Part shown: piece after piece, positions 40,301 through 48,918 of the stretch
Position numbering within the stretch: position 1 is the stretch's first letter
Layout: each line of letters opens with the position of its first letter
Assembly: GCA_965216465.1 (NCBI GenBank)
Contig: CBDCFW010000005.1
Span: 320,001-384,000 of the forward strand
DNA from: Bacteroidia bacterium
GTDB lineage: Bacteria; Bacteroidota; Bacteroidia; NS11-12g; UBA9320
Direction: 5' to 3'
DNA length: 64,000 nt
The notes under the pieces: generated by a model
Seen by the model: the letters and a program-made list of their open reading frames with translations, nothing else
Database searches by the model: none
Told to the model about the DNA's origin: nothing
Program-made: the position numbers and the translations under genes

Positions 40301-40819
40301 GGATTCTCATTAACACAAACCACCTTCTCTTTTATGATGACAGGGATTGGAATAATCTCGTTGGCGGGAATCGTGGTAAATAATGCGATTGTACTTATAG
40401 ACTACACCAACCTATTACGTGAAAGGAAACGAGCTGAAAAAGGTATGCATCGTAAGGCTAAGCTAAGTAAAGAAGATATTATTGAATCAATTGTTGAGTC
40501 AGGAAGAACGAGACTTCGACCGGTACTCTTAACGGCAATTACTACTGTTTTGGGTCTGTTCCCTCTTGCGATAGGATTCAATATCAACTTCGGACGTCTG
40601 TTGAGAGAAGGTCAACCTGAAATTTATTGGGGAGGTCAGAACGCTGATTTCTGGGGACCTATGGCTTGGGCTGTAATTTATGGACTCATCTTTGCAACCT
40701 TCCTTACATTGGTTATCGTTCCTGTAATGTACTATCTAAGCGATAGAATCACGATGAGCATTACCAAACTAAGAAAGAGTGCGTTTGACGAAAGTGATAA
40801 CGAGCCAATGCCAGAATAA
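37358..40819 (+). CDS. RND efflux permease (AcrB/AcrD/AcrF family)
   Basis: GMLVDNGIVIVEN, GIVVNNAIVL and RLRPVLLTAITT motifs. Confidence 0.94.
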   Translation: MSKIKEIIKEFKLSSWAVKNKISVYVMVGIIVIIGMNSYQSMPKESFPEIKQPIVYVNTAYPGNSPIDMENLVTRPIEKELNTLSGLKKLTSTSIQDFSIIIAEFELSVPTDEAALDVKDAIDKAKMNLPNDLPADPSVMEMDFSEFPVMNVNVSGDYSNDKLKDYAEYLKDEMENITQVSSVDISGLTEEEVSVTIDRVKMEALELSLNDVEQAISGENITMSGGDIKSIEGSDITRRNIRIDGEFKDYRDIENVIVKNEFQNIVYLRDIGSVSFGPKEATSYARLNGNPVVTLDVKKKSGGNLILAAEQVQAIVADAKANVFPKDLEVVITNDQSKMTKNMVTNLENSIIMGVLLVVGVLIFFLGVRNSMFVGIAIPLSMLMGIAILNFSGTTLNMMVLFSLILALGMLVDNGIVIVENIYRLFAEKGKEKDQASKEGTGEVATAIIASTATTVAAFVPLIFWQDLMGEFMKYLPITLIIVLSSSLFVALVVNPVLTSDWIKVGNKERSTINKFIARNIILAIIAVLLYVAGSGLLGGLFVAAIILSIANRIYLTPVGNWFMNKIMPKIENRYASFVKYALSGYRPIFFFLGVIGMFMLTMVIFQVKPPPTVFFPESQPNYVNVFIETPLGTDIEKTNEITKKLEARIAPVIAKDSIIVEAVLAQVGEKTSDPNEGPQSGSSPHKARITVSFHEYEKRVFLSDVSTSEIMQNIKEAVDDFPEAQVSIAKDNMGPPAGKPINVEVKGEDYLTLIKEVEKIKKKMEDANVEGVDQLKTDLEIGKPMLEISINQEAARRFGLSTMQIAGTIRTALLGKEISKYKEGEDDYEIQLRFKDEYRYNLSNLLNTRITFRNMASGQISQVPISAVANVSYNSTYGSVKRRDMDRVISIFSEVEENGNANAIVAKYKEVLADHETASGYEFKFTGEQEEQSESIDFLMGAMMLAVFLIFLIIVTQFNSIAGPFIIMLSVLFSTIGVFLGFSLTQTTFSFMMTGIGIISLAGIVVNNAIVLIDYTNLLRERKRAEKGMHRKAKLSKEDIIESIVESGRTRLRPVLLTAITTVLGLFPLAIGFNINFGRLLREGQPEIYWGGQNADFWGPMAWAVIYGLIFATFLTLVIVPVMYYLSDRITMSITKLRKSAFDESDNEPMPE

Positions 40820-40824
40820 TATTT

Positions 40825-40856
40825 AAAAGTCTCTCCTCAGGAGGGACTTTTTTTTT
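40825..40856 (+). terminator. intrinsic terminator
   Basis: AGTCTCTCC/GGAGGGACT stem plus T run after the RND gene. Confidence 0.8.
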
Positions 40857-40930
40857 GCGTTAACAATTCGTATATAATCCATAGAACTTCTATTAAAAAA
40901 TCGAATAACTTTGGCCCAATACAAAGAACA

Positions 40931-42001
40931 ATGAGACGAGCAAGCAAGAAATTCCTGAGAGAATATTTAAACGCAAATTCACCAACTGGATTTGAGACAC
41001 CGGGTCAAAAGGTATGGCTAGACTACTTAAAGCCTTACATTGACGAATATGAAGTTGACACTTATGGGACAGTAATTGGCGTAGTTAATCCTGGCCAGGA
41101 TTATAAGGTAGTAATTGAAGCTCACGCAGATGAAATTGCTTGGTTCGTTAATTATATTGATGACAAAGGCTACATCTATGTAATCCGAAATGGAGGAAGT
41201 GATCACCAGATTGCTCCAAGTATGCGCGTACATCTGCACACTAAAAAAGGTAAAGTAGATGGTGTGTTTGGATGGCCAGCAATTCACGTAAGAGATCGTG
41301 TAAATGAGCCCAAACCATCGCTCAAGAATTTGACCATCGATGTTGGAGCTGCCAGCAAAGATGAGGTTCTAAAAATGGGCATTGATGTTGGAACGGTAGT
41401 TACTTTTGATGCTGAGATGATGGATCTCAACAAAAAGTTTTGTGTTGCTCGAGCAATTGACAACCGTGGTGGAGGATTCATGATAGCCGAAGTTGCTCGT
41501 TTGTTGAAAGAGAACAAAAAGAAGCTTCCGTACACATTATATATTGTTAATGCAGTTCAAGAAGAGATTGGTTTAAGAGGTGCAGAAATGGCGAGTAGAA
41601 GAATCAAGCCGAATGTTGCACTTGTTACCGACGTAACTCACGACACGCAAAGCCCGATGTACAACAAAAAGATTCAAGGTGATACAAAGTGTGGTGGTGG
41701 CCCAGCGGTAACTACTGGCCCTGCAGTGCAAAACAATATGCTTGATATGCTAATCGAAGTTGCCAAGAAGAATAAGATAAATATTCAAAGACAAGCAGCA
41801 AGTAGAAGTACAGGAACAGATACTGATGCATTCGCATACTCTGATATTGGAGTTGCATCTGCCTTGGTTTCGCTTCCTTTAAAATATATGCATACTACAG
41901 TCGAAACAGTTGCTTATTCCGATATGGAAGATTGCATCAAGTTGATGTATGAATTCTTGATTCAGTTAAAATCTGGCCACGACTTCCGTTATTTCAAATA
42001 G
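40931..42001 (+). CDS. M42 family metallopeptidase
   Basis: AHADEI, AIDNR, QEEIGLRGA, DVTH and YMHT motifs. Confidence 0.92.
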   Translation: MRRASKKFLREYLNANSPTGFETPGQKVWLDYLKPYIDEYEVDTYGTVIGVVNPGQDYKVVIEAHADEIAWFVNYIDDKGYIYVIRNGGSDHQIAPSMRVHLHTKKGKVDGVFGWPAIHVRDRVNEPKPSLKNLTIDVGAASKDEVLKMGIDVGTVVTFDAEMMDLNKKFCVARAIDNRGGGFMIAEVARLLKENKKKLPYTLYIVNAVQEEIGLRGAEMASRRIKPNVALVTDVTHDTQSPMYNKKIQGDTKCGGGPAVTTGPAVQNNMLDMLIEVAKKNKINIQRQAASRSTGTDTDAFAYSDIGVASALVSLPLKYMHTTVETVAYSDMEDCIKLMYEFLIQLKSGHDFRYFK

Positions 42002-42108
42002 AATTTGACAGTAAAATAATCGATTAAAATAGCGACTGAACGGCTATTGTTTTTCTTAACGGGCAATCTTAAAGGCATAAAAAAGACTGTTCAATTATGT
42101 ATTATTAC

Positions 42109-42222
42109 AAAATACCCAAATTGGGCCTTTGATGCTTTTAGAATACAACTTCCTGAATTACAGTAAAAAAAAGGAATTTTATTTAGCTGTGTCCAATAGA
42201 AAATACCCCCCAAGTGGGTATT
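42109..42222. promoter_or_regulatory. two AAAATACCC boxes upstream of the solo LuxR-HTH gene
   Basis: AAAATACCC at 42109-42117 and 42200-42208; the second forms AATACCC-N7-GGGTATT next to a TTGA...TTAATTTG promoter-like pair. Confidence 0.5.
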
Positions 42223-42526
42223 GACGAAAATAGCCTTGATGGGGTTAATTTGTGCTACAGTTAACCTTATTATTGATAGATAGACACCTTGTGTGCTTTT
42301 ACCAATACTTTTTTTTGCAATCAGTGATGAACTTGAGTAAAAAGGTATATGGTCTTGGAAGACATTTAAAAAATATTTCAGGTATTAATAGTATAAGCTG
42401 CTATGCTACGGGTGATTGAATTTGACTTGATGTTGATTCTTACACTCAAATAGCATCCTTTGCCACTTCTCAATTATGAGATGTGATTAGAGAAATTAGT
42501 AAGTAGTACTTTTAAATCAAAATCGT

Positions 42527-42745
42527 ATGGACGTAACGAGAAACGGAATTTCATCAAATTTGACAACGAGAGAATCTCAAATTGTAAATCTGTTACTCAA
42601 TGGTTCTTCAACAAAGGACATTGCCAGCAGATTACAGATTAGCATGGATACTGTTAAAACACACAGAAAAAACATCCATAGAAAGCTAAAAACTCACTCT
42701 GTCGTTCAATTGATGATTAAGATGCGCGAAGTAGAATTAACCTAA
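42527..42745 (+). CDS. stand-alone LuxR/GerE-type HTH regulator (72 aa)
   Basis: LTTRESQIV.LL..G.STKDIA..L.IS..TVKTHRKNI..KL; no sensory domain. Confidence 0.88.
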   Translation: MDVTRNGISSNLTTRESQIVNLLLNGSSTKDIASRLQISMDTVKTHRKNIHRKLKTHSVVQLMIKMREVELT

Positions 42746-42770
42746 CTAAATGCTTCAAAAAGTATCAAAG

Positions 42771-42797
42771 AAAAGGGCGGGATTTCCGCCCTTTTTT
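42771..42797 (+). terminator. intrinsic terminator
   Basis: AAAAGGGCGG-GATTT-CCGCCCTTTTTT. Confidence 0.88.
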
Positions 42798-42858
42798 TAT
42801 GTACCTTCTCACCTATGTAGCTGAGTCTTAGTGTCATATAATTGTTAATAATAAGTGG

Positions 42859-42905
42859 AAAATACCCATTTGTAGGTAGAAGTTTACTAGTTTTGCCTAT
42901 ATTTG
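42859..42905 (+). promoter_or_regulatory. AAAATACCC/NarL-like 7-2-7 box plus -7 element
   Basis: TACCCAT-TT-GTAGGTA (42863-42878) followed by a perfect TATATTTG (42898-42905). Confidence 0.55.
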
Positions 42906-42930
42906 CTCTGCTAACTCCTACTGTACAATT

Positions 42931-43536
42931 ATGATAAAGACCCTTTTAACTCCCTGTAAATTTGTTGATCAAACTCCGGTAATTGCGACTCTTGAAGCAA
43001 TGGAGAATGTTATACTCAAAGTTCCCAGAGACGTTGAGCACTTAAGCCTTTTAAAAGATAAAACATACGATGTAGCTGTTCTTTGTCCAGACACTAACAA
43101 AGAGTTTGGGTTAGATATGATTGACTACATAACCAAGAATTGGATTGGAATTCGCTTAGTTATTGTGACCAAATTCGATGATCGTGAGTATTTCGAAAAA
43201 CTTAGCTCAAAAGGGGCATATGCCTATATATCTGTTGACTCAGTTGAAGAAAAACTTGCTGAAGTAATTAATCTCGTGTTTAAAAATGAAAAGTATATGG
43301 ATGAGGCACTGATTGAAGACTTTGAATTCGTTATTGAGGATATCGGTTTTGATATTTCTAAACGAGAGAAAGAAATCATTTGGCATATTGCAAACGGATA
43401 TACTACCAACCAGATAGCCGACAAGTTATTTATCAGTCCACATACAGTAAAAACACATCGGAAGAATATCAATTCAAAGCTCGACATTCACAGTCCAGCT
43501 CAACTGGTAGAATTTGCCAGAAGACATAACATTTAA
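42931..43536 (+). CDS. NarL/FixJ-type regulator with atypical (Asp-less) receiver domain and LuxR HTH
   Basis: Receiver-like pattern (DVAVLC, GLDMI, LVIVT, GAYAYI) followed by ISKREKEII..IANG...TVKTHRKNI. Confidence 0.85.
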   Translation: MIKTLLTPCKFVDQTPVIATLEAMENVILKVPRDVEHLSLLKDKTYDVAVLCPDTNKEFGLDMIDYITKNWIGIRLVIVTKFDDREYFEKLSSKGAYAYISVDSVEEKLAEVINLVFKNEKYMDEALIEDFEFVIEDIGFDISKREKEIIWHIANGYTTNQIADKLFISPHTVKTHRKNINSKLDIHSPAQLVEFARRHNI

Positions 43537-43734
43537 GCCTATTTAAAGGCCGTTTAAGGCATTTTTAGCACAAATCAATCTAGATTCACCCATTTCAACT
43601 GTTTTTACGTCCAGGAACATGCTATCCACATCTGTGTGCATTATATAACTTGTTGATTCATTGAGTCATACCATCTTTTCTTGTTTTTTATCGTAAGATT
43701 TCGTTAATTTAGTAAATACCTAAAGTTTCCATGT

Positions 43735-44100
43735 ATGCACAAAACCATTTCTACCACAGACGAAATCCAACTCTATGTAAAATCAGACTGCAGTAAGTCT
43801 AAAAAGGCAATTGCTTATGCCAAAAGCATGGCGAGCAGAGTAAATACGATTAACATAGATCGGACTAAAGGTACGGGTACAATTTGGCGAAACATTCTAT
43901 CTAAATTGGATAAATCTCCTAAAGAACTGCTTGACAAGTCGAAACCATACTATCAAGAAAACATAAGAGGGCGAGATTTTGAAGATCGTGACTGGACCTA
44001 CTTACTTATGAATAATCCTGATCTCTTAAGGAGTCCTATAGCTATTCGGGGAGATCGGGCGCTAATTTTGGACAACCCGACAGACATTTACAAGATATAG
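43735..44100 (+). CDS. ArsC/Spx/YffB family thioredoxin-fold protein
   Basis: LY..SDCSKSKKA (CxxS) and NPDLLRSPI motifs. Confidence 0.78.
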   Translation: MHKTISTTDEIQLYVKSDCSKSKKAIAYAKSMASRVNTINIDRTKGTGTIWRNILSKLDKSPKELLDKSKPYYQENIRGRDFEDRDWTYLLMNNPDLLRSPIAIRGDRALILDNPTDIYKI

Positions 44101-44102
44101 TC

Positions 44103-44137
44103 AAAAAAAAAAGGGAGTGCAATGCACTCCCTTTTTT
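44103..44137. terminator. bidirectional intrinsic terminator ending the ribosomal supercluster
   Basis: A10-GGGAGTGCA-A-TGCACTCCC-T6. Confidence 0.9.
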
Positions 44138-44160
44138 AATTTAATTTATTCTAAAGCTTC

Positions 44161-44748
44161 TTATTCTTCTTCGTTAGATGCGTCAGCATTGTCTGCAGGT
44201 GCATCTTCAGCAGGTGTTTCTTCTACAGCTTCAGGAGTTTCAACAACTTCCTCTTCTACTTCTTCTACAACCTCTTCAGCTTTAGCTTCAGCTACTGGTG
44301 GAGTTGCAGTTGCAGATTTCTTACCTCTTCTTGTACGCTTAGAACCTGATTTCTTAGCTGACTTAGAAGACTTAGCTTCTAACATCATTTCGTTGAAATC
44401 AACAAGCTCCATCATACACATATCAGCGTTATCACCTAATCTGTTGTGTGTTTTCAAGATTCTTGTATAACCACCTGGTCTGTCAGCAACCTTTGGTCCA
44501 ACAACAGTAAACAATTCGTTTACAGCGTGCTTGTCTTGAAGGTAGCTAAATACAACTCTTCTAGAGTGAGTGGTATTATCTTTAGCTTTAGTGATTAATG
44601 GCTCAACAAAAACACGTAATGCTTTTGCTTTAGCTGTTGTAGTAAATATACGCTTGTGCGTGATCAAAGAAGCTGCCATGTTATTTAACATTGCTTCTCT
44701 ATGCTTCTTCTTTCTACCTAAGTGATTAAATTTTTTCCCGTGCCTCAT
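44161..44748 (-). CDS. rplQ: 50S ribosomal protein L17 with acidic tail
   Basis: [12 protein letters not shown] and RPGGYTRI motifs. Confidence 0.97.
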   Translation of the reverse strand: MRHGKKFNHLGRKKKHREAMLNNMAASLITHKRIFTTTAKAKALRVFVEPLITKAKDNTTHSRRVVFSYLQDKHAVNELFTVVGPKVADRPGGYTRILKTHNRLGDNADMCMMELVDFNEMMLEAKSSKSAKKSGSKRTRRGKKSATATPPVAEAKAEEVVEEVEEEVVETPEAVEETPAEDAPADNADASNEEE

Positions 44749-44759
44749 AATTGTATTCT

Positions 44760-45752
44760 TTATTCATCGTCAAGGTTGTACTTAGATACATCCATACCAA
44801 AGTTTAAACCTTTTTCTTTTACAAAATCTTCTAATTCAGTTAATGATTTTTTACCGAAGTTTCTAAACTTAAGTAAGTCTTCGATGTGGTAACTTACCAA
44901 TTCTCCAAGTGTTCTGATCTCGGCTGCTTTAAGACAGTTATATGCTCTTACAGAAAGGTCAAGATCAGAAAGTGAAGTTTTCAAGATCTTTCTCATGTGA
45001 AGCATGTTTTCATCAACTTCATTTTTCTGAGACTGAACTTGTGTATCTTCTAAGATGCTTTCATCAGAGAATAATACAAGGTGTCTAATCATAATTTTAG
45101 ATGCTTCTTTTAAAGCTTCCTCAGGATGAATAGAACCATCAGTTTTCACTTCGAAAATTAGTTTTTCGTAATCTGTTTTTTGCTCTACCCTGAAATCTTC
45201 AACGTGGTATTTAACATTTTTGATTGGAGTAAAGATAGAATCGATAGCAATCTCTCCAATTGGAGCATTGTCTTGAACGTTTTCTTCAGCAGGAACATAT
45301 CCTCTACCTTTTTCGATTGTTAATTCGATTTCAAGGTTTACGTAAGGTTCCATTGAACAGATAACGAAATCTGGATTTAAAATTTCGAACGCGTTTGTGT
45401 AGCGAGCGATTTCTCCAGCTTGGAATTGTTCTTTTCCTTTAAGAGAAACAAAAATCTTTTCGCTTTCGTTAGAATCGATAAGTTTCTTGAATCTTACTTG
45501 CTTAAGGTTAAGAATAATTTCAGTAATATCTTCTAAAACACCTTTGATGGTAGAAAATTCGTGATCTACACCTGGAATTCTAATAGATGTAATGGCCCAA
45601 CCTTCTAAAGAAGAAAGAAGTATTCTACGCATCGCGTTACCAACAGTAACACCATACCCTCTTTCAAGTGGGCTAAATTCGAACAGACCATAGTTGTCTG
45701 TTTCTTTATGCATTATTACCTTGTCAGGTTGTTGAAAATCTAATATCGGCAT
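44760..45752 (-). CDS. rpoA: RNA polymerase alpha subunit
   Basis: [30 protein letters not shown] and NFGKKS motifs. Confidence 0.98.
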   Translation of the reverse strand: MPILDFQQPDKVIMHKETDNYGLFEFSPLERGYGVTVGNAMRRILLSSLEGWAITSIRIPGVDHEFSTIKGVLEDITEIILNLKQVRFKKLIDSNESEKIFVSLKGKEQFQAGEIARYTNAFEILNPDFVICSMEPYVNLEIELTIEKGRGYVPAEENVQDNAPIGEIAIDSIFTPIKNVKYHVEDFRVEQKTDYEKLIFEVKTDGSIHPEEALKEASKIMIRHLVLFSDESILEDTQVQSQKNEVDENMLHMRKILKTSLSDLDLSVRAYNCLKAAEIRTLGELVSYHIEDLLKFRNFGKKSLTELEDFVKEKGLNFGMDVSKYNLDDE

Positions 45753-45756
45753 TTTA

Positions 45757-46359
45757 TTATTTAGAATAAAGTTCTACAATTAATTGTTCTTTGATGTTCT
45801 CTGGAATGTCAGCTCTTTCAGGGTAGCTTAAGAAAGTTCCTTTGTACTCAGAACCGTCCCAATCTAACCAGTTGAATGAGTTTCTTCCGCTTAGAGAATC
45901 AGCGATAAGCTCTAAAGACTTAGACTTTTCTCTGATCTCAATAACATCGCCTGGCTTAAGTTGGTATGAAGGAATGTTAGTAACAACGCCGTTCACTCTA
46001 ATGTGCTTGTGACCTACTAATTGTCTTGCACTTCTTCGTGTAGGAGCAATACCTAATCTAAATACCGTATTGTCTAATCTAGCTTCCAAGAATTTAAGCA
46101 AGTTTTCACCAGTAATACCTTTCTTTCTTGCAGCGTGATCAAAAGTTCTAGCAAATTGCTTTTCTAAAACACCGTAAGTGTATTTTGCTTTTTGCTTTTC
46201 AGCCAACTGAATTGCGTACTCAGATTTTTTACCTCTTCTTCTACCGTTTCCATGCATTCCTGGAGGGTAGTTCTTTTTGTCTAAGGCCTTAGAAGGTCCG
46301 AAAATCGGCTCTCTAAATCTTCTTGCAATCTTTGCTTTGGGTCCTCTATATCTTGCCAT
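45757..46359 (-). CDS. rpsD: 30S ribosomal protein S4
   Basis: MARYRGP and LEARLDN motifs. Confidence 0.97.
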   Translation of the reverse strand: MARYRGPKAKIARRFREPIFGPSKALDKKNYPPGMHGNGRRRGKKSEYAIQLAEKQKAKYTYGVLEKQFARTFDHAARKKGITGENLLKFLEARLDNTVFRLGIAPTRRSARQLVGHKHIRVNGVVTNIPSYQLKPGDVIEIREKSKSLELIADSLSGRNSFNWLDWDGSEYKGTFLSYPERADIPENIKEQLIVELYSK

Positions 46360-46383
46360 TTAAATAAATCTCTTTATAAATAA

Positions 46384-46773
46384 TTATACTCTTCTTCTTT
46401 TAGGTGGTCTACATCCATTATGAGGAAGTGGAGTCACATCTTTAATTGCTGAAACTTCAAGACCTGTTTGGTTAAGCGTTCTGATTGCAGACTCTCTACC
46501 TGCACCCGGTCCTTTAACAAGAACTTCAACTTTTTTCAAACCAAGATCAACAGCAACCTTAGCACAATCTTGTGCGGCTACCTGTGCAGCATAAGGAGTG
46601 TTCTTTTTAGAACCTCTGAATCCCATTTTACCTGCACTACTCCAAGAGATAACTTGTCCTTGGCTATTGGTGATTGAAATAATAATGTTGTTAAACGTAG
46701 ATTTTACATAAGCAAAACCGTTTGCCTCAACACTAACCTTTCTTTTCTTAGCTGTTTTTTTACTACCTGCCAT
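46384..46773 (-). CDS. rpsK: 30S ribosomal protein S11
   Basis: [13 protein letters not shown]. Confidence 0.98.
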   Translation of the reverse strand: MAGSKKTAKKRKVSVEANGFAYVKSTFNNIIISITNSQGQVISWSSAGKMGFRGSKKNTPYAAQVAAQDCAKVAVDLGLKKVEVLVKGPGAGRESAIRTLNQTGLEVSAIKDVTPLPHNGCRPPKRRRV

Positions 46774-46796
46774 TATTAAATATTTGGGTGCTTATC

Positions 46797-47165
46797 TTAT
46801 TTTTTCTTATTCGCCATTGTCTTACGCTTACCTTTACGAGTACGCGCATTATTTTTAGTTCTTTGACCTCTTAAAGGAAGACCTTTACGATGTCTAAGAC
46901 CTCTATAACATCCGATATCCATCAGACGCTTAATGTTAGTTTGAACTTCAGATCTGAGCTCTCCTTCTACTTTAAACTCGTTTCCGATTACTTCACGAAT
47001 ACCGTTCAATTCGGCATCACTCCAATCGTTAACTTTTTTGTCTTCGCTTACATTAGCTTTGTCTAAAATGTAAGAAGCTCTGCTGCTACCTATTCCGTGA
47101 ATGTAAGTTAAACCTACAACACCTCTTTTGTTCTTAGGTAAATCAATTCCTGCGATACGTGCCAT
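46797..47165 (-). CDS. rpsM: 30S ribosomal protein S13
   Basis: MARIAG and [14 protein letters not shown] motifs. Confidence 0.98.
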   Translation of the reverse strand: MARIAGIDLPKNKRGVVGLTYIHGIGSSRASYILDKANVSEDKKVNDWSDAELNGIREVIGNEFKVEGELRSEVQTNIKRLMDIGCYRGLRHRKGLPLRGQRTKNNARTRKGKRKTMANKKK

Positions 47166-47168
47166 TTC

Positions 47169-47285
47169 TTATCCTTGTCTTTGCTTAAATCTTGGATTCT
47201 TTTTATTAATGACGTAAACACGTCCTTTTCTTTTTACGATCTTGCAATCAGCAGATCTTTTCTTTACTGATGTTCTAACTTTCAT
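47169..47285 (-). CDS. rpmJ: 50S ribosomal protein L36 (zinc-independent type)
   Basis: Below ORF-track cutoff; manual translation [38 protein letters not shown]. Confidence 0.95.
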   Translation of the reverse strand: MKVRTSVKKRSADCKIVKRKGRVYVINKKNPRFKQRQG

Positions 47286-47289
47286 TGTG

Positions 47290-47508
47290 TTATTTATATC
47301 TGTAACTAATTCGTCCTCTGGTCAAATCATACGGAGACATTTCAACTTGAACCTTATCTCCTGGCAATATTCTGATATAATACATTCTCATTTTACCGCT
47401 AATAGTAGCGATAATTTCGTGGCCATTCTGCAGTTTCACACGAAACATTGCATTTGATAAGGCCTCTGTAATTACACCGTCTTGTTTTATTGCTTGCTGT
47501 TTTGCCAT
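47290..47508 (-). CDS. infA: translation initiation factor IF-1
   Basis: [16 protein letters not shown] and [10 protein letters not shown] motifs. Confidence 0.98.
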   Translation of the reverse strand: MAKQQAIKQDGVITEALSNAMFRVKLQNGHEIIATISGKMRMYYIRILPGDKVQVEMSPYDLTRGRISYRYK

Positions 47509-47522
47509 TTTTTAAAGGGCTG

Positions 47523-47553
47523 CAAAATTAATTTTTTTTCTACTCTTTACAAA
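47523..47553 (-). promoter_or_regulatory. internal housekeeping promoter upstream of infA
   Basis: TTTG-N19-TAATTTTG, a full match to the Bacteroidota -33/-7 consensus. Confidence 0.75.
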
Positions 47554-47554
47554 A

Positions 47555-48913
47555 TTATCCTGTTATCGCTCCTCCTACCGAAGTTCTTCCTTTAATTCTA
47601 CCTGTTTTCATCAGACCATCATAGTGTCTCATAATCAGGTATTGCTCTACTTGTTGCAGTGTATCAAGAACTACACCTACCATAATCAGCAGTGATGTTC
47701 CACCATAGAATTGAGCAAACTGATCGTTAACTCCGAACATGATAGCGAACACTGGGAAAATGGCTACAAAACCTAAGAAAATAGATCCAGGAAGTGTGAT
47801 TCTCGACATTACAGATCCAATAAAGTTAGCTGTCTTTCTTCCTGGCTTAACACCCGGAATAAATCCACCATTTCTTTTTAGGTCATCTGCAATCTGATTT
47901 GGATTAATTGTAATTGCCGTATAGAAATACGTAAACAATACAATCATCACGAAGAACAAGATATTGTATCCCCAACCGTAAGGGTTGGTAAGTCCTTGTA
48001 AGAACGATGAGTCTGCAAATACTGGCAATTGAGTTGCAGTTGCTGGCAAGAACATCAATGCTTGAGCAAAGATGATAGGCATTACACCTGCAGCATTCAC
48101 CTTTAATGGAAGGTATTGTCTAACTCCACCCATTTGACGGTTACCAACAATTCTTTTTGCGTATTGTACAGGAATTCTTCGGGTTGCTTGAACCAATGCA
48201 ATAACGGCAAGGATTACTACGACCCAAATAATCATCTCTACGATCAACAACATCACACCACTTCCTCTGAAACGGTCAACGATCTCAGCGAACAATGAAC
48301 CTGGGAGACGTGCAATGATACCCACCATAATAATGATAGAGATACCGTTACCTACTCCTCGATCCGTAATACGCTCACCTAGCCACATGGTAAACATGGT
48401 ACCGGCAACAAGAACAAGAACTCCAACAACAAGGAATGTTGTCCAGCTCATTGCATCGCCAGTAAGTGCCATAACAGCAAGTGGCTTTCCACCTTGAGAT
48501 TTCAAGTTAACCAAGTAAGCAACAGCTTGTACTGCAGTAATTGCAATGGTTAGATATCTGGTGATTAAGTTGATCTTTCTTCTTCCATCCTCTCCTTCTT
48601 TTTGCATTTTTTGGAAAGATGGAACTGCAACGGTTAGGAGTTGAACCACAATCGATGCAGAAATGTAAGGCATAATTCCTAGAGCGAAAATAGACACTCT
48701 ATCGAACGCCCCTCCAGAGAAGGTATTAATAAGTCCAAGTAAACCTCCTGTGCCTTTTGTGTACTGCTCTGCTAATACCAAAGGGTCTACACCAGGAATT
48801 ACAATAAAAGTTCCTATTCTATATACAACTAAAAGAAGAACAAGATTGATAATTCTTGTTCTTAAATCTTCAATTGAAAATATATTTTTTAATGTACTTA
48901 TTAATTTCTTCAT
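47555..48913 (-). CDS. secY: preprotein translocase SecY
   Basis: SIFALGIMPYISASI, GNGIS, AGVMPIIFA and GGTSLLI motifs. Confidence 0.98.
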   Translation of the reverse strand: MKKLISTLKNIFSIEDLRTRIINLVLLLVVYRIGTFIVIPGVDPLVLAEQYTKGTGGLLGLINTFSGGAFDRVSIFALGIMPYISASIVVQLLTVAVPSFQKMQKEGEDGRRKINLITRYLTIAITAVQAVAYLVNLKSQGGKPLAVMALTGDAMSWTTFLVVGVLVLVAGTMFTMWLGERITDRGVGNGISIIIMVGIIARLPGSLFAEIVDRFRGSGVMLLIVEMIIWVVVILAVIALVQATRRIPVQYAKRIVGNRQMGGVRQYLPLKVNAAGVMPIIFAQALMFLPATATQLPVFADSSFLQGLTNPYGWGYNILFFVMIVLFTYFYTAITINPNQIADDLKRNGGFIPGVKPGRKTANFIGSVMSRITLPGSIFLGFVAIFPVFAIMFGVNDQFAQFYGGTSLLIMVGVVLDTLQQVEQYLIMRHYDGLMKTGRIKGRTSVGGAITG

Positions 48914-48918
48914 ATGGA

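Noticed and set aside
44117-44470. 117-aa Ser/Thr-rich plus-strand ORF
   Set aside because: Antisense shadow of the acidic low-complexity tail of rplQ; it starts inside the terminator.
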